A stretch of DNA of 64,000 nucleotides from the human T2T-CHM13v2.0 reference genome, Homo sapiens. Below the pieces are notes generated by a model that ran no database searches, was not told where the DNA came from, and saw only the letters and a list, made by a program, of their open reading frames with translations. Position numbers and translations under genes: made by a program. Location of the stretch: the NCBI RefSeq assembly GCF_009914755.1, contig NC_060926.1; one strand, given 5' to 3'. Below are positions 44,415 to 56,991 of this stretch, in pieces (the first letter of the stretch is position 1; each line of letters starts with the position of its first letter).

Positions 44415-44860
44415 TGGATGGGGTGGGATGGGGTGAGATGGGGTGGGATGGGATGGGATGGGATGGGGTGGGATAGGGTGGGAAGGGCTGGTATGGGGCA
44501 GGATGGGATGGGATGGGATGCCCTGGGGTAGGATGGGATGGGAAATCTGGGATAGGGAGGGATGGGGTGATGGGATGGGGTAGGGTGGGACGGGGTAGGA
44601 TGGGATGGGATGGGGTGGGATGGGATGGGATGGGATTGGATGGGATGGGATGGGATGGGATGGGATGGGGTAAGGTGAGATGTGATGGGATGGGGTGGGA
44701 TGAGGCAATGGGATGGGGTGAGGTGGGATGGGGTGGGGTGGGGTGGGGTGGTGTGGGCTGGGATGGAATGGGATGGGGTGGGATGTGGTAGGATGGGGTA
44801 GGATGGAGTGAAGTGAGGGGATGGGATGGCATGGGATGGGATGGGATGGGATGGGGTGGA
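44415..44860. repeat. (GGGAT/GGGGT)n pentamer simple repeat
   Basis: about 445 bp of degenerate gggat units. Confidence 0.95.
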
Positions 44861-46210
44861 GCAGACTGTACTGGAGGGAGTTCTAGGGGACAGGGATGGA
44901 TAGTGCAAAAGCACAAGGGTAAGGAATGCACAAGCTGGCTCAGGTTGCCCAGATCTCAGAGCCATGACCAGAGCAACAGATGAAAACGAGGTCAGGGGTC
45001 AGCTGGCGCCCACGCAGTGGGAGCCTTGATGCTCCCTAGCTTGCATGCACCCATCACTGCTTCTTCATACAGATATCTACAAGAGTGAGGTACAGGAACA
45101 GTTGTCTCTTCTTTCTTGAGAATGCAGCACAAGTTCTGTTTTTGTCTTCAAGTATTGCAAACAGCAAGACAAGATCACCAGTTTCCTCAGTCTGAGCCAA
45201 CGTGGAGGTGGCTCGGAGGTCACTTGATGCCACCATCAGCAAAGCCTGAACAGGGTCCCTGAGGCCCAGGGACTCAATGGAGCCTCAGAGCTGAGAGTCA
45301 GATCAGAGCTGGGATTGGGGCAGCCTGGGTCTAAATGGAGCACCTGCTGCTCAGGGCAGCCTGTCAGACAGGGAGCCATTGGCCTTTCCAAAGGGCCAAG
45401 AAATGGGAAACCCAATCTAGGCCTTCAAAGGTAGGGGAAAAAGTCACATCTGGGCAAACCAATCACAAAAGCCCCTCTGTGCAATGGGCAGAATGTCCTT
45501 CAGAAAGCTGTCCTCCTGGGTCACTGACAGGAGATCCTCTGCTGCCTTCAGGGGTGACAGGAGCTCAGGTCAAACACAACTTCGGATCACACCTTCTTCC
45601 AAATCAACCCCATGCTCTGCAGACATCACTCACAACACAGGCCTAAGGCCACTCTCCACACACAGCACACACACCAGCAGGCCGGCTGCTGGGAGGAGAC
45701 ACAAGCCGTGTGGACACTGTGGGAAGGAAGGTGTTGAGGAAGTTTAAGAACAGGCCTCCCTCCCAAAAAGAGCTAATGTGTGGGGTCCCAGTGGGGGCCC
45801 AGCCTGCCCAGGAAACCCCTTAGTGACTAATACTGTGGGCAGTCAGAATTCTCTTACCTTAGGCAAACTCCTTGTAAGAAAATCTCTTCTTAGAATCAAA
45901 GAATCACAGGATTTTTGAGCTGAAAAAGCCTTTCATCTTTGTCTTGTGTAGTTGCTCATCTCAAATGGTGCTGAGAGGAATTAAGGACTCCTGAAACAAA
46001 AAAAAAAAGAAAGGAAAAAAAAGAAAAAAGAAAAATACGACCCAACAGGGGGCCTAGGCAAATTTGCTTAACTAAAGGATCCCTGTGAATAACACCTACT
46101 AGGCAAAGAAAGTCACATTCCATCAGAAGACACCAACAGCATCTTTGGTTAGGAATCAGCCAGTCTCTGCCAGCCTCCAAATGCTAGCCACGCAGCCTGC
46201 CTCGGGAATG

Positions 46211-46446
46211 CAGGAGGTCCACAGGCCATGCCTTCTCCAGCAGAGCCAGGAGGCCAGAAGCCTCTCAAGGGGGTGTTGAGCCAGAGGTCCGAGGCCTTGC
46301 AGATCTGACGCTCCAGAACCAGGGGTCTCCTCCCTGCCCCCCAACTATGGGAAATGGAGATGTGAGGTCCTGGAACCCAGTTCAATCCAACCTAATTCCT
46401 TCAGGCCCTACCAGGGTCCAAGCTCCAGGGCCAGGCCTGCAGGGTC
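46211..46446 (+). repeat. inverted duplication, left arm
   Basis: reverse complement of 47516-47749; hand alignment about 30 mismatches plus one 2-nt gap over 236 bp. Confidence 0.93.
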
Positions 46447-47301
46447 AAACACAGACATTTCCTGCCCAGGAGGTTCCTGTGAGCCAGTGAGACACCCCAA
46501 GACAGCGTGGGGTGGGGCTCTGGCCAGAGCCCGCCTGGCCCTGCTCTCCTCAAGGGACTTGATCCAGCGCCTCACACTTGCCCTTTGGTGTTTTCTGGGC
46601 CTTGCACATACCTTGTCCACGTGATCAGTGCTTGAAACAGAACCAGGTCTGGGCAGGTCACACCAAGGGCTGATCAATAGGCTTCCCGAGCACGTCCATC
46701 TGTCTGCTCTGCCTTGCAAGCCACTAACAGGCCGTGAATACTGATTCAGGGTCCTGGCTCCAGGGAGATGAGCAGTCAGGAGATTGGAGGGGTAAGGATT
46801 CCCAGCTGCTCAGAGGCAGAGTGTGAAAAGGAGATGCTGAGAAGCTCCCAGGTTCCCAGTCCCTGTCACTGTCACTGGAAAGAAAATGACGCCATTGAGA
46901 AAGATGTGTGGAGGGCAACCTGAGGAGCCACTTATTTGAAGAACTGGCACGTTAGCCAGATAGCACCAGCAGCAGGTGTGAGCTGAAGGGCCTGTCACCC
47001 TCCCCAGGACCACCTGTCCTGCTACCTGAAACTCAGTGGCCCGGGCCATTGCTCTGGAATGATTCTGGAGCATAGACATCAACACATTCATGTAAGTTCT
47101 ATCACAGACTCCATGAAACAAATCTCAGGTCCCAGTTACCAACTGAGGAGGAGGAGGATTAGGCTCTGGGAAACCTCCAGGGACTTCAAGGAGTACAAGA
47201 CTATTCTGAGGCTAAAACAGTTGCAAATTCTAAGATGGAAACCAATACTGTGCAAATTAAAAAATGGAGGGAAAAGAAAGTTCCCTTTCTTTGCAGGCGA
47301 A

Positions 47302-47345
47302 ACAGGAAGAGGTGCACTTTAGTTCTGAAGTGCACCTCTTTCTGT
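47302..47345. repeat. 44-nt near-perfect palindrome
   Basis: acaggaagaggtgcacttta-gttc-tgaagtgcacctctttctgt, 18/20 Watson-Crick plus 2 G:T. Confidence 0.9.
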
Positions 47346-47515
47346 GTGCAGTCTTGTCTTCATGGGGTTTCTAATCCAAAGGAAAGCTACACTGCAGCCC
47401 AGCATAAGCAACTCATAATGAGGTAGCCGTGACTTAAATGCTAGTGGTGTCCCCGAGCAGTTCAGTCAGTGAGTGAGCAGCGTCTGTCTGAGATTCCAGG
47501 TCTTTGAGTTGACTG

Positions 47516-47749
47516 GACCCCGCAGGCCTAGCTCTGGAGCCTGGACCCTGGCTAGGCCTGAAGAAATTGGGTTGGATGGAACTGAGTTCCAGGATGTCAC
47601 ATCTCCATTCCCCATAGTGGGGGCAGCGGGGAGACACCTGGTTCTGGAGCTTCAGATCTGCAAGGCTTCAGGCCTGTGGCTTAGCACCGCCTTGAGGGGC
47701 TTCTGGCCTCCTGCCTCCGCTGGAGAAGGCACTGCCTGTGGACCTCCTG
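47516..47749 (-). repeat. inverted duplication, right arm
   Basis: see 46211-46446. Confidence 0.93.
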
Positions 47750-49382
47750 TGTCACCCTCCTTTGGGGTCCCATGATAGGTAGCCTGTATTACATGCTCAA
47801 TAAATATTTGCCAATGTTTAAAAATTCTTTGAAAATACAGAAGAGCCCCAGAATAAAGGGATCTGACAAATTAGAAGTTTCTCTTCAAGAAATTCACATT
47901 TGCAAAGCAAAGAGTCTCTCCCTTGAAATAGGCTCACTGTTGTGCATGTGGAAATGCGAAGTGAAGGCTTTCTTTGGAAATCACTTTGTACGCTGCCAAC
48001 ACCTTCCTGTGCTTTTGCTCCAATGGCTGATCCACAGAAAAAGCAGGGTGACAACCTCATTGTTCCTGGGTGACCAGCACCTGCCTGTGGGGTGGCCTTT
48101 CTTTGAGAAGCCGTGGAATACAACGCGTGGTCCTTTGTCAGAAGCTCCAAAGGGAACCAACCTTCCAGAAACAGAAACGCTCCCACAGCTCCCTTCCCCC
48201 TCTACAGGCCAAGAGCTCAGACCACAGCCTTCTGAGGGTCTCCAGCTGCCAGGTCTGTTTGGGGGGGAAGTTGATGAGGTCAGGCAGGAGAGAAGGAGGA
48301 AGTGGGGAGCCACAGGGAAGCTGGGCTTGGGAGCTTCAGGGCCTCTTGCTGCTTCTCAGAGGTCACCTGCCCTTCACCTTCCCCCTGCCCAGCACCTGAC
48401 ACAAAGGACCTCCCTAAGGCTGCTCTCCCAGGCTCACGTCAATGCCAGAATGAAATGCAGAGGAAGGCTTCCTGTGCAAATGCCTCCTAGAGGGGTAACT
48501 GGCCTGAGCTCTCCCTAAGGCGCGAATAGCTGATATCTCTAAGGCAAAGATTGATGGGAGAATAGGGAACAGGCAGGTGTGGGTAGGTAGCTCACTGGGG
48601 ATACAGAAGAGGCAGCACTGCCACCTCATAATTCTATCTCAGGCCAGTCCCAGGGAACCCACAGGGAAGGCCAGCTACACAGCCGCAACACCAGTGGGCA
48701 GGCCAAGCTCCCAGGTCTGGCTGTCTCGGCATGGCCAGCCGGCCCCAGAGTTCCCTTGTCATTTTGTCTTTTAGGAAGGCCACATCAAATTATCAACCCA
48801 AGGTGTTATTGTGATGAGTCCATAGCTTAGGTCCTCATTCCTCCTGCCTACCTCTACATAGCATGTGGCTTTGGGCAAGTCACACCATCTCTGTGGACCT
48901 CAGGTTTGTGAGGCTCTCTAAAGTTTCACTGTTGAAAGGAGCCCTTCATTCCAGGGAGAAATCCTGATATTCCCAGAATGGGAACAGCTTTCCCAAAAGA
49001 CTATTAATTCATGTCCCACCTGGTCCAGACAACCCCATGAGGGGGTTACCGCTGTCCTCATGAGAATGAGGACAATTTCTGGAATGCCAATCTAGAGACA
49101 TGTGAAGAGCTCCGCCTAGGCTGGGCAGCGGCTGCAAAGTCGAGGTTTGCAAAACACACATCCTCTCTATAGCTTCCCCTCCTCTTTCCAACTCCCCTTT
49201 CCATTCTGCTCCTTTCCCTTCTCTCCCCTTCTTTTTTCTTCCATTCCTCCTTCTTTCCTTCCTGCCACCTCTCTTTTGCTATTCTGCCTTTAATCCTACA
49301 GCGGATCCCCCATGATTTCCATACAGAATGTTCTGTATTTCCAATACACTGAGGCTGAAGCCACACAGAAATTGAGCTATGA

Positions 49383-49755
49383 GGCCGGGTGTGGTGGCTC
49401 CCACCTATAATCCCAGTACTTTGGGAGGCCGAGACGGACAGATCACCTGAGGTTAGGAGTTCGAGACCAGCCTGATCAACATGGTGAAACCCTATCTCCA
49501 CTAAAAATACAAAAATTAGCCAGGCATGGTGGCAAACATCTGTAATCCCAGCTACTCAGGAGCCAGAGGCAGGAGAACCACATGAACCCAGGAGGTGGAG
49601 TTTGCAGTGAGCAGAGATTGTGCCATTGCACTCCAGCCTGGGCAACAGAGCAAGACTCTGTCACAAAAGAAAGAAAGAGAGAAAGAGAGAGAGGGAGGAA
49701 GGAAGGAAGGAAGGAAGGAAGGAAGGAAGGAAGGAAGGAAGGAAGGAAGGAAGGA
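49383..49755 (+). mobile_element. Alu (AluS-like) whose tail has become (GA)n(GGAA)14
   Basis: Alu body 49383 to ~49665; TSD gagctat(g/a)a encloses the microsatellite. Confidence 0.95.
49697..49752 (+). repeat. (GGAA)14 microsatellite
   Basis: 14 uninterrupted units counted. Confidence 0.97.
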
Positions 49756-50933
49756 GCTATAAGCTACTAGCTCAAGTGTATACCTCGTACTACAAAAGGG
49801 AAAGGCTTCTTTAAACTAACTTAAGAGAAAGAAAGACAAGGCAATGTGATTGCTCATTCAAGGGTGCAAGAGCTTTACTGTGTAAGCTGTCCACCTGAAG
49901 GGTCTGCAGCTCCCATGCTGGTGTGAACAGCTTCTCTGGGAGAAACACCCATCCAGGCCATCCCTTCCTCAGAGCATCCCATCAGAGCCTAATAGGGAAA
50001 TTATTGTTATAGTTTATTTAGGGAAAAAACATAATTCAACACATGACCCTGCAAAACTGTACAGTATAACATGACATTGAAGTGACTTCTGCTCTGGCAC
50101 AAAGGAGCGCTGAGTGAAAAGATCTCTGGATTCTGAAGGCCCAGTTGTCCCGGGCTGCCACTTAGGTTGGCGTGCTCGCATTAATGTTCTGCAGCAACAT
50201 ACAGTCCATGAGCAACCACGGGACTTTTATTGTCTGCCTTCCTAAATCTGTCCTGCTATAACTTAAAAAAGAAGTTACAGCATCTCTATAACACTATTTG
50301 GTTTTAACTAGGTTGCTAAATGTGTTTGCTGAAGTCAGCTATAAGGCGTTAGGCACTTCAGTGGTACAGGGTGTCAGAGAGAAATTCTGCACTCAGTGTG
50401 TGGCACTGGATGAGATTTATTTTGCAAACTTTGCCAACCCCAAAAAGGAGATTATATGTTTTGGGAGACAGGGCACCATCCTGTTAGTGAAGTTCATTTA
50501 GATGTATTTCTTATACCAAAGGGCATTACGTCTGTCTATAAATATTAACAGAATTGTGTTGCAAAGTATAAGTCCCAAATCGGGGTGTCATTTGGCAGAT
50601 CATGCCCGCCAGGTATGGATTGTGCCATCCCCGGGGAGAACTGGCTTCTCTCTCCTGCATGGCATCAATTTTATAGGCTTTCATTCCTCCGAGAGAATTA
50701 GAAAACATCTGGAGTCAGCACTTCCACAATCTTAGTTTTGTTTCTCAGAGTAGCTGCATATTTGGTGGCAATTAGGATGTTCAGGTACTAAATCAATGAT
50801 TTTCTCCACGGCCCATGACTTACGTTTGTAATATAATAGACATACCAAGGGTTCCATGCCCTTACAACTGTTTATAAAAATAACCAAAAAATGAACCTAT
50901 TAATTTTATTTCTAAAAATGATTTTATTTAAAC

Positions 50934-51140
50934 CAGTGGTTCAAATAAACTGGGGGCAATTTTGCGCCTCCTTCCCAGAGGCATTTCTCAATGTCACTTT
51001 TTGTGCCACATCTTAGGGGCATGTATTGGCATCTCCTGGATAAGGCCAGGGATGCTGCTGGACATCCTACAATGCACAGCACACCCCAGGCTGGAATCAT
51101 TCAGCCCAGGATGTCCACAGGGCCAAGGTGAACAGACCTG
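50934..51140. mobile_element. MER20 (hAT-Charlie)
   Basis: cagtggttc...actgggggcaattttgc...tggcatct...aggccagggatgctgctggacatcctacaatgcacag...gccaaggtgaacagacctg. Confidence 0.88.
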
Positions 51141-51369
51141 GCAGAAACCTGCTACGAATTCTCTTTCTTATAGAAACAAGAGACAGATAATTCTCTATGT
51201 ATGAGTGTTGAGTGTTTCCAATGTACCAGCACTTTGCTGAGGTTGTCTTATTTAATCCTGTCTCCATCAGAAGCAATCTTTTCTGATATGACCTGATAAT
51301 TGTGTTGTATAAAGTCCTGGTATGATCAAAAATGGCCAAAGTCTTCAGTATCTCTACCTCCAACCCCAA

Positions 51370-53230
51370 ATTTCTCTCCCGCATCTCACTTAACTTCCTG
51401 GTGGCATTCAACACTGTGGACCACATTTCCCCCTGAGAAACCCTCTTTTACTCTGTCCAGCAGCTACCTCACCGGCCTGGCCTTGTCTGCAGCCTTCACA
51501 GACCTTCTCCAAGCCAGTCAGCGCTGCAGCGACTCAAGGTTCAAGCCCAGGTCCTCTTCTTTAGGGCCTCCCAAAGGCAACTCAGCAAACACCTAACACT
51601 TAACCCAAACACCTTATCTCCTTCTCTGAATCCTTGTCCACTTCCAGGTCTCCCAGGCTTGGTCAGGGATGGCCCCACATTTATCCACTTCTGGTGTCAG
51701 AGCCCACAGGTCTTCTTTACCCCTCAGTTCCCGGCTGCCCGTAATCCAACCATGAATTAGTCCTGAGCTTGACTTTCAAACGTCTTCAAATCCATGCATT
51801 TCTCTCCAATCCTATACCACCACCTTTGCACAAGTTACCGTTACCTTTAACCTGGACAGCTGAGGAGACTCTTGCCAGATCTGCCTGCCTCCCCTCAGCT
51901 CTCTCTTACCTGTGGCCACAGTGATTCTACCAAGCATGCATTACATCATGCTCTCCGGTCCTCACCCAGCCTACCTACACGCATACATGTGCACACACAC
52001 ACATACACGTACATGCACACACGTACATGCACACACACTCAAATGTGCACACATACATTCACACACATACACACACACACATACATGCACACACACATAC
52101 ATGCACACATACATGCACATGCACACGCTTACATGCACACACATGTGTGTGCACACACATACATGCACATGCACGTACATGCACACACACATGCACACAC
52201 GTACATACACACACACTTAAATGTGCACACACATACATTCACACACGTACATGCATACACATACATGCATACACATGTACATGCACATGCACATACACAC
52301 ACATACATGCACACACGTACATGCACACATGCACACACATGTACATGCACACACACTTAAATGTGCACACATACATTCACACACGTACACACATACACAT
52401 ACGTGCACACACGTACATGCACATGCACATGCATACATGCACACACATACATTCACACACGTACATGCATACACATGCATGCATACACATGTACATGTAC
52501 ATGCACACACATACATGCACATGCACACACATACGTGCACATGCACACACATACATGCACACACGTACATACACACACACATCTTGAGGCCTGTTCACTG
52601 GCTTTCTGTGGCTCTTAAAAAACTTCTGAACTTGGCCTATATGACCCTATGCATTCTGGTCCCTGCCACTTACTCAGCCCTTCAGACACACTGGCCTCGC
52701 ATCCCTCACATTCATCTTCCCCCTCTGACCACAGGACCTTTGTCGAGGCTCCTCCCTTGGCTGAGATTGCCTTTTCCTGATCACTTTCCCCCTTAGCTCA
52801 TACCTGTCCTCCAGATCTCAGTTCAGCATCATTTCCTCCTGGAAGCTCTCCTGCTCTCCCAACCAGATCCCTGTGGCAGCCTCTCAGAGCACCATGCTCT
52901 GGTCCTCTGAAGCTCTCAGCAGCTGCAATTTGGTCTGTTTTCTTTGAGTCATTGTTTGGTTGTTCTCTATCTCCCAGACTGGACTATGAGCAACTTGAGG
53001 ACAGGGAAACTGAGGCCCTAGAGACACTAAAGAACTTGACCAAGGTGAATGAGTACATACAGTGGCCATCTGACCCTTCGGTCCACCGTTCCTTACCCAC
53101 TGACTATGTGATGTTGAGGAATTGCAGTGAAACATGAGTAAATATCTAAACTCTGGCTTAATCTCAATGTCACCTAAATAACAATAGGACAGATCTTTTA
53201 AACAGGATGGATGGATGAATGAATGAATGA
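51370..53230 (+). mobile_element. L2 remnant (RT region to 3' end) interrupted by a CA-rich repeat
   Basis: gcattcaacactgtggaccac (AFDTVDH-like), ttctctccaatcctataccaccacc, agatctcagttcagcatcatttcctcctggaagc, ends ggatgaatgaatgaatgaa. Confidence 0.75.
51975..52581. repeat. compound (CA)n/(CATG)n/(CATA)n repeat
   Basis: about 600 bp of nearly strict purine-pyrimidine alternation. Confidence 0.96.
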
Positions 53231-54509
53231 AGACGTCTGCTTTCCATTTGCCCTCTTCAGACACTTAGTTGACTTTTAAAGTTTGCAAAATTCAAGAATT
53301 GGCTACCTAGGGAGACACATGCCCACTTTCACCATCTTTATTCTGATTAAGCATTGGGTCACACCTCTCAGCGCCATACTACTTAATGGATGTTCTTCCA
53401 TCTCAGTCAGTAGCAAGAAGGACCACTTCTGAGTCCATATCTTTTTGCAACATTCACCATTTGTTTCCAAGTAAGGAAGCCACTCGGCTTTTAGTGTCCA
53501 GCATACCTCTTGTTTAAGATCACCCTGACTACCACAAAGGCCTTTTTGTTGTATCAGCTTCACTACAAGGAGAAATGCTTTTAAAATAAACCATGGAGTA
53601 TCCCTTAATAAAGGGATAATTGGCAGCCAGTAATTCTGCTGTACCTGAGGAACACTGAAATAAATCATGGTTAAATCAAGTTGTTTCCATAAAGGAAGAG
53701 TGTAAAACCCTGGAAATATCTATGTAGTATAGAAATAGGATGAGAGGGAAACACAACTCTTAAAATAGAGCCCGTAGGAAAGTTCATCAAAGGCAGATGC
53801 TTAAGAAAACGTAACTTTTATGGTTTCAAAAGGACAGTAACGTGCATCAACTGTCCAGTGATCCTACCCAAAACACAACCACAGCTCCTTGTAAAGTGCT
53901 GAGTTAATAAATAGGTGGCTTTGTTCTAATTTTCCGTCTCTAAATTTAGATTCATTGCAGTATACAGCTCAAGGTCTTAAAATGCATACCAGGGAGTTTT
54001 TACTAAATTCCAAATTGACTTTATTCATTTTGTTCTGCACTTAAAAATGTGAGATGTATTTTGCACAGCCCATGAATGACAGTTACCTGCTGGGATGGGA
54101 ACGGGTCTTTAGTTTTTCATTTCTGGGACCACCATTGGATGGTGTCTGACAGCTTTGAAAGACAACACGGAGCTGGTTGGAGGCGGGGGGCGTGTGGGCA
54201 GGAGTGCTGGTGCCTCTTGGCACCACAGGGCGATGGGCTCCACTGCCTTGGCACCAGAATGGCGTGAGCCCTGGGCTCTGTAGGTTGGGAGTTAGCAAAC
54301 TCTGTAGATAGGCACCAGTTAAGCCCTTGTTTTACTCCTTGCTCACAGGTCTCCTCTCTCCCCCTTTCTTCCCCTGCCTTCTCCACTCGGCCCAAGGGAG
54401 CAAGACTGGGAAGCCCAGCCCTTCTGTCAACCAGGGTCAAGTAGACTCAAACCAGAAGCCCAGCTCTGCCTGGCTTCCCTTCCCCAGGTGCCACATCTCC
54501 ATCTGCAAA

Positions 54510-54690
54510 AGGACATCGCACTGCTGGCCTCGCGAGGCTTCCTGAGGATTTCATGGGAGGACGCAAATACGGAACTGTCGACCATCCACATTGATTCACG
54601 TCCCCCGCCCCCACCCGCCTCCCTGATACTAAATTCACCTGAGTTGTTCTTATGACAATTTCTCGAACTGCCACCTGCGTAGACCAAAGC
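54510..54690. promoter_or_regulatory. small CpG-enriched patch with a GC box
   Basis: cacgtcccccgcccccacccgcctccc at ~54597-54623; about 10 CpGs in 180 bp. Confidence 0.3.
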
Positions 54691-56991
54691 TCTCCTCTCA
54701 TCCATTCCTCCCCTTCTTCTCCCACAACCTCATGACCAAGTCCGCTCCTGCCTTCTGTGTACTTTGGAGTCTTATTTAGCTTCTAACACTTCTGGACCAG
54801 AATCACAGCTGGTACAGTGTCTACTACGCCTAGATCACAAAGAGGCAGAAGTCATCAGAATCAGCTCCCCACAGAATAACTTCCAAAGGCAGCACTCACC
54901 AAATGCCACTTGTGTAGGTCATCTCCTACAAAGTTCTGCATGCAAATTATAATTTGTTTTAAAGGCAGTGTTTCCGCTACTGAATCATACACTATCTCAG
55001 GCAGTCCCAGGAAAGACCTGGGCAAACGCAGACATGTAATATCATACAAGGACGGAGCTGGGGGAAGGAGAAGCATTGCTGGGCTTGGGGAGGCCGCTTT
55101 GCCCAGTCCGGGCTACAGTACCCGTGAAGTCACTGCTGTCCTAAGAGCACTCCCATTATAACAGACTGGCTTCCGGGGTGCAGGCAGAAGGGGAAAGGCC
55201 AGGATGGGAAGAGTAGAGACCATTAGGAGTTGGGAATGAAGATGGGAGGAGGCAAACCAAATACAGTCCCAGAGCTTGGTTTTACTAAACAGCTGCCCTG
55301 AGCCCGCCCCTCACCCCAACTGCCCAGGCAGCCCGTACTAGATGGTGATGGTTCAGGCTGGGGAGGACAGCTGTGGCTCAGGAATTAGGGGCAAGGACAG
55401 GCCAAGACACCTTGATTTTTCACTTTGGTACCTGTGATTCGAACTATTTCTTTCCCTTTTAGGAACATTGAATGATGCCATCAGTGAAACTGCAAATGAC
55501 AGGCAGGTCCGAGTTCACCAACAGATTACCCCAGTCACCGACGTGATTCTTTGCCACTTATTAAGGAGGGTTGGATTCACTTGCTACGAATGATGGTTGT
55601 AAGGACTCCCCAGCCACATAGAATTCAAAATTCCAGCAACAGTCCCAGCATAGGCACACAGGGGGAAGGCCCCTGAGGATCCTGGTGCATGCCCACCCTG
55701 TATCTGCCAGCCTCTCCCTGCACCAGGCCTGCAGGGAGGAAGGAAGCAGGCAGCCTCCCCAGCACCATTCCTGAATCCGGGCCTGAAAAGCAGTGGCCCC
55801 TGGCTGCAGTGACAGCTTGACTCCAGAACTACACCCTAACAGGGCCCCTTGTAGGCCACTCTGTCGTGGAGGCACTCCTCACGCACAGCCTGGCACGGTG
55901 GGGACTCACGGACTCTGAGGGCCTCACACCATGCAGCTCAGTCATTCCTGTGAAAAAGAATGTGCAGACCCCAGGTGTTGGTACGAAGAGGAGGGTATTG
56001 TCTTTTACAACCACAAAACATCCACAATGCAATCATCTCACAACCTCAATGCCAGAACCCCTGTGGCAAGCTGGCCAGGTGAGGTGGGTTGCTCCAGGTG
56101 GCTGAGATCACCTCTGAAGCTGCAGCACAGCTGGAGAGGGGTGGCCCTGGCCCCAGCATGGTGCATTTGCTCTGCAGGAAGAGGCACTGGAGCTGAGTCC
56201 CCCGAATGATGCAGTTCTCTTCTCCCCTGCCTCTCACAGGCACAATTTGATATATTTTTCAGAAACCATTAAAAAGCTTAAGCTCATTAAAGTAAATGTT
56301 GCCCCACCTGCCCTCTCCACCCAGGTGCCTGGTCATGTGCCAACTGGCAACTGTCAATGATAATTGTGCCAATTCACCAGGGATCATCCTACCAGCTCCC
56401 TGTGCCTCTCAGCTCTTCTCCTGGAGGTAAATGGCATAGCTGCCTGGAGGGCCCTGGAGCATCAGCAGGTTTTTGGAATGGGCAGCCTCTAGTTTTGAAT
56501 CAGTCTATAGCAAAATCCCAGAATGGTGGGGGCAGACATCTGGGGCCTCTGCTCCACATCCACCAGTTGGAAACTTGATCTCAGCGTTCCTTTCTAATCC
56601 ACATTCTGCCCTGACCTTCAGCTCAGATATCATCTACTTAGAGTAGATGGAGAGAAATAAAATGGCCAACGACTGTTGACTTGTCATTGGGCTTCTAATG
56701 CAAAACACCACGTGCCCTTCCACTGAGACCAACCCTGGCTCTTCACTTTAGAAGCAACCCAAATTCAGCCAGTGACTTGCCTTAATCCTGGTACCTGGCA
56801 CACCTGATGATAGAACTCAAGAGGGAAAAAGAAAAACATAAGAAATAACCAACAGGGGGAAGTAACTATAGTCCTAAACAGTTCAAAAATAAATGATCTG
56901 GGCATTACTGTTCAATGGAAGACAATTAACAGTTTAACAATGTTCATGGAACTGGAAGGCCACTTCACACTACCAATATGTCTGGGTTCTT

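Noticed and set aside
44316-44965. ORFs of 92-203 aa (PIPSH repeats)
   Set aside because: Artefact of the (GGGAT)n repeat
46149-47775. Similar peptides on opposite strands suggesting paralogous small genes
   Set aside because: Fully explained by the DNA-level inverted duplication; similarity stops at the 2-nt indel and arm boundaries
51872-52796. Many overlapping His/Thr-rich and Cys/Val-rich ORFs
   Set aside because: Artefact of the CA/CATG repeat
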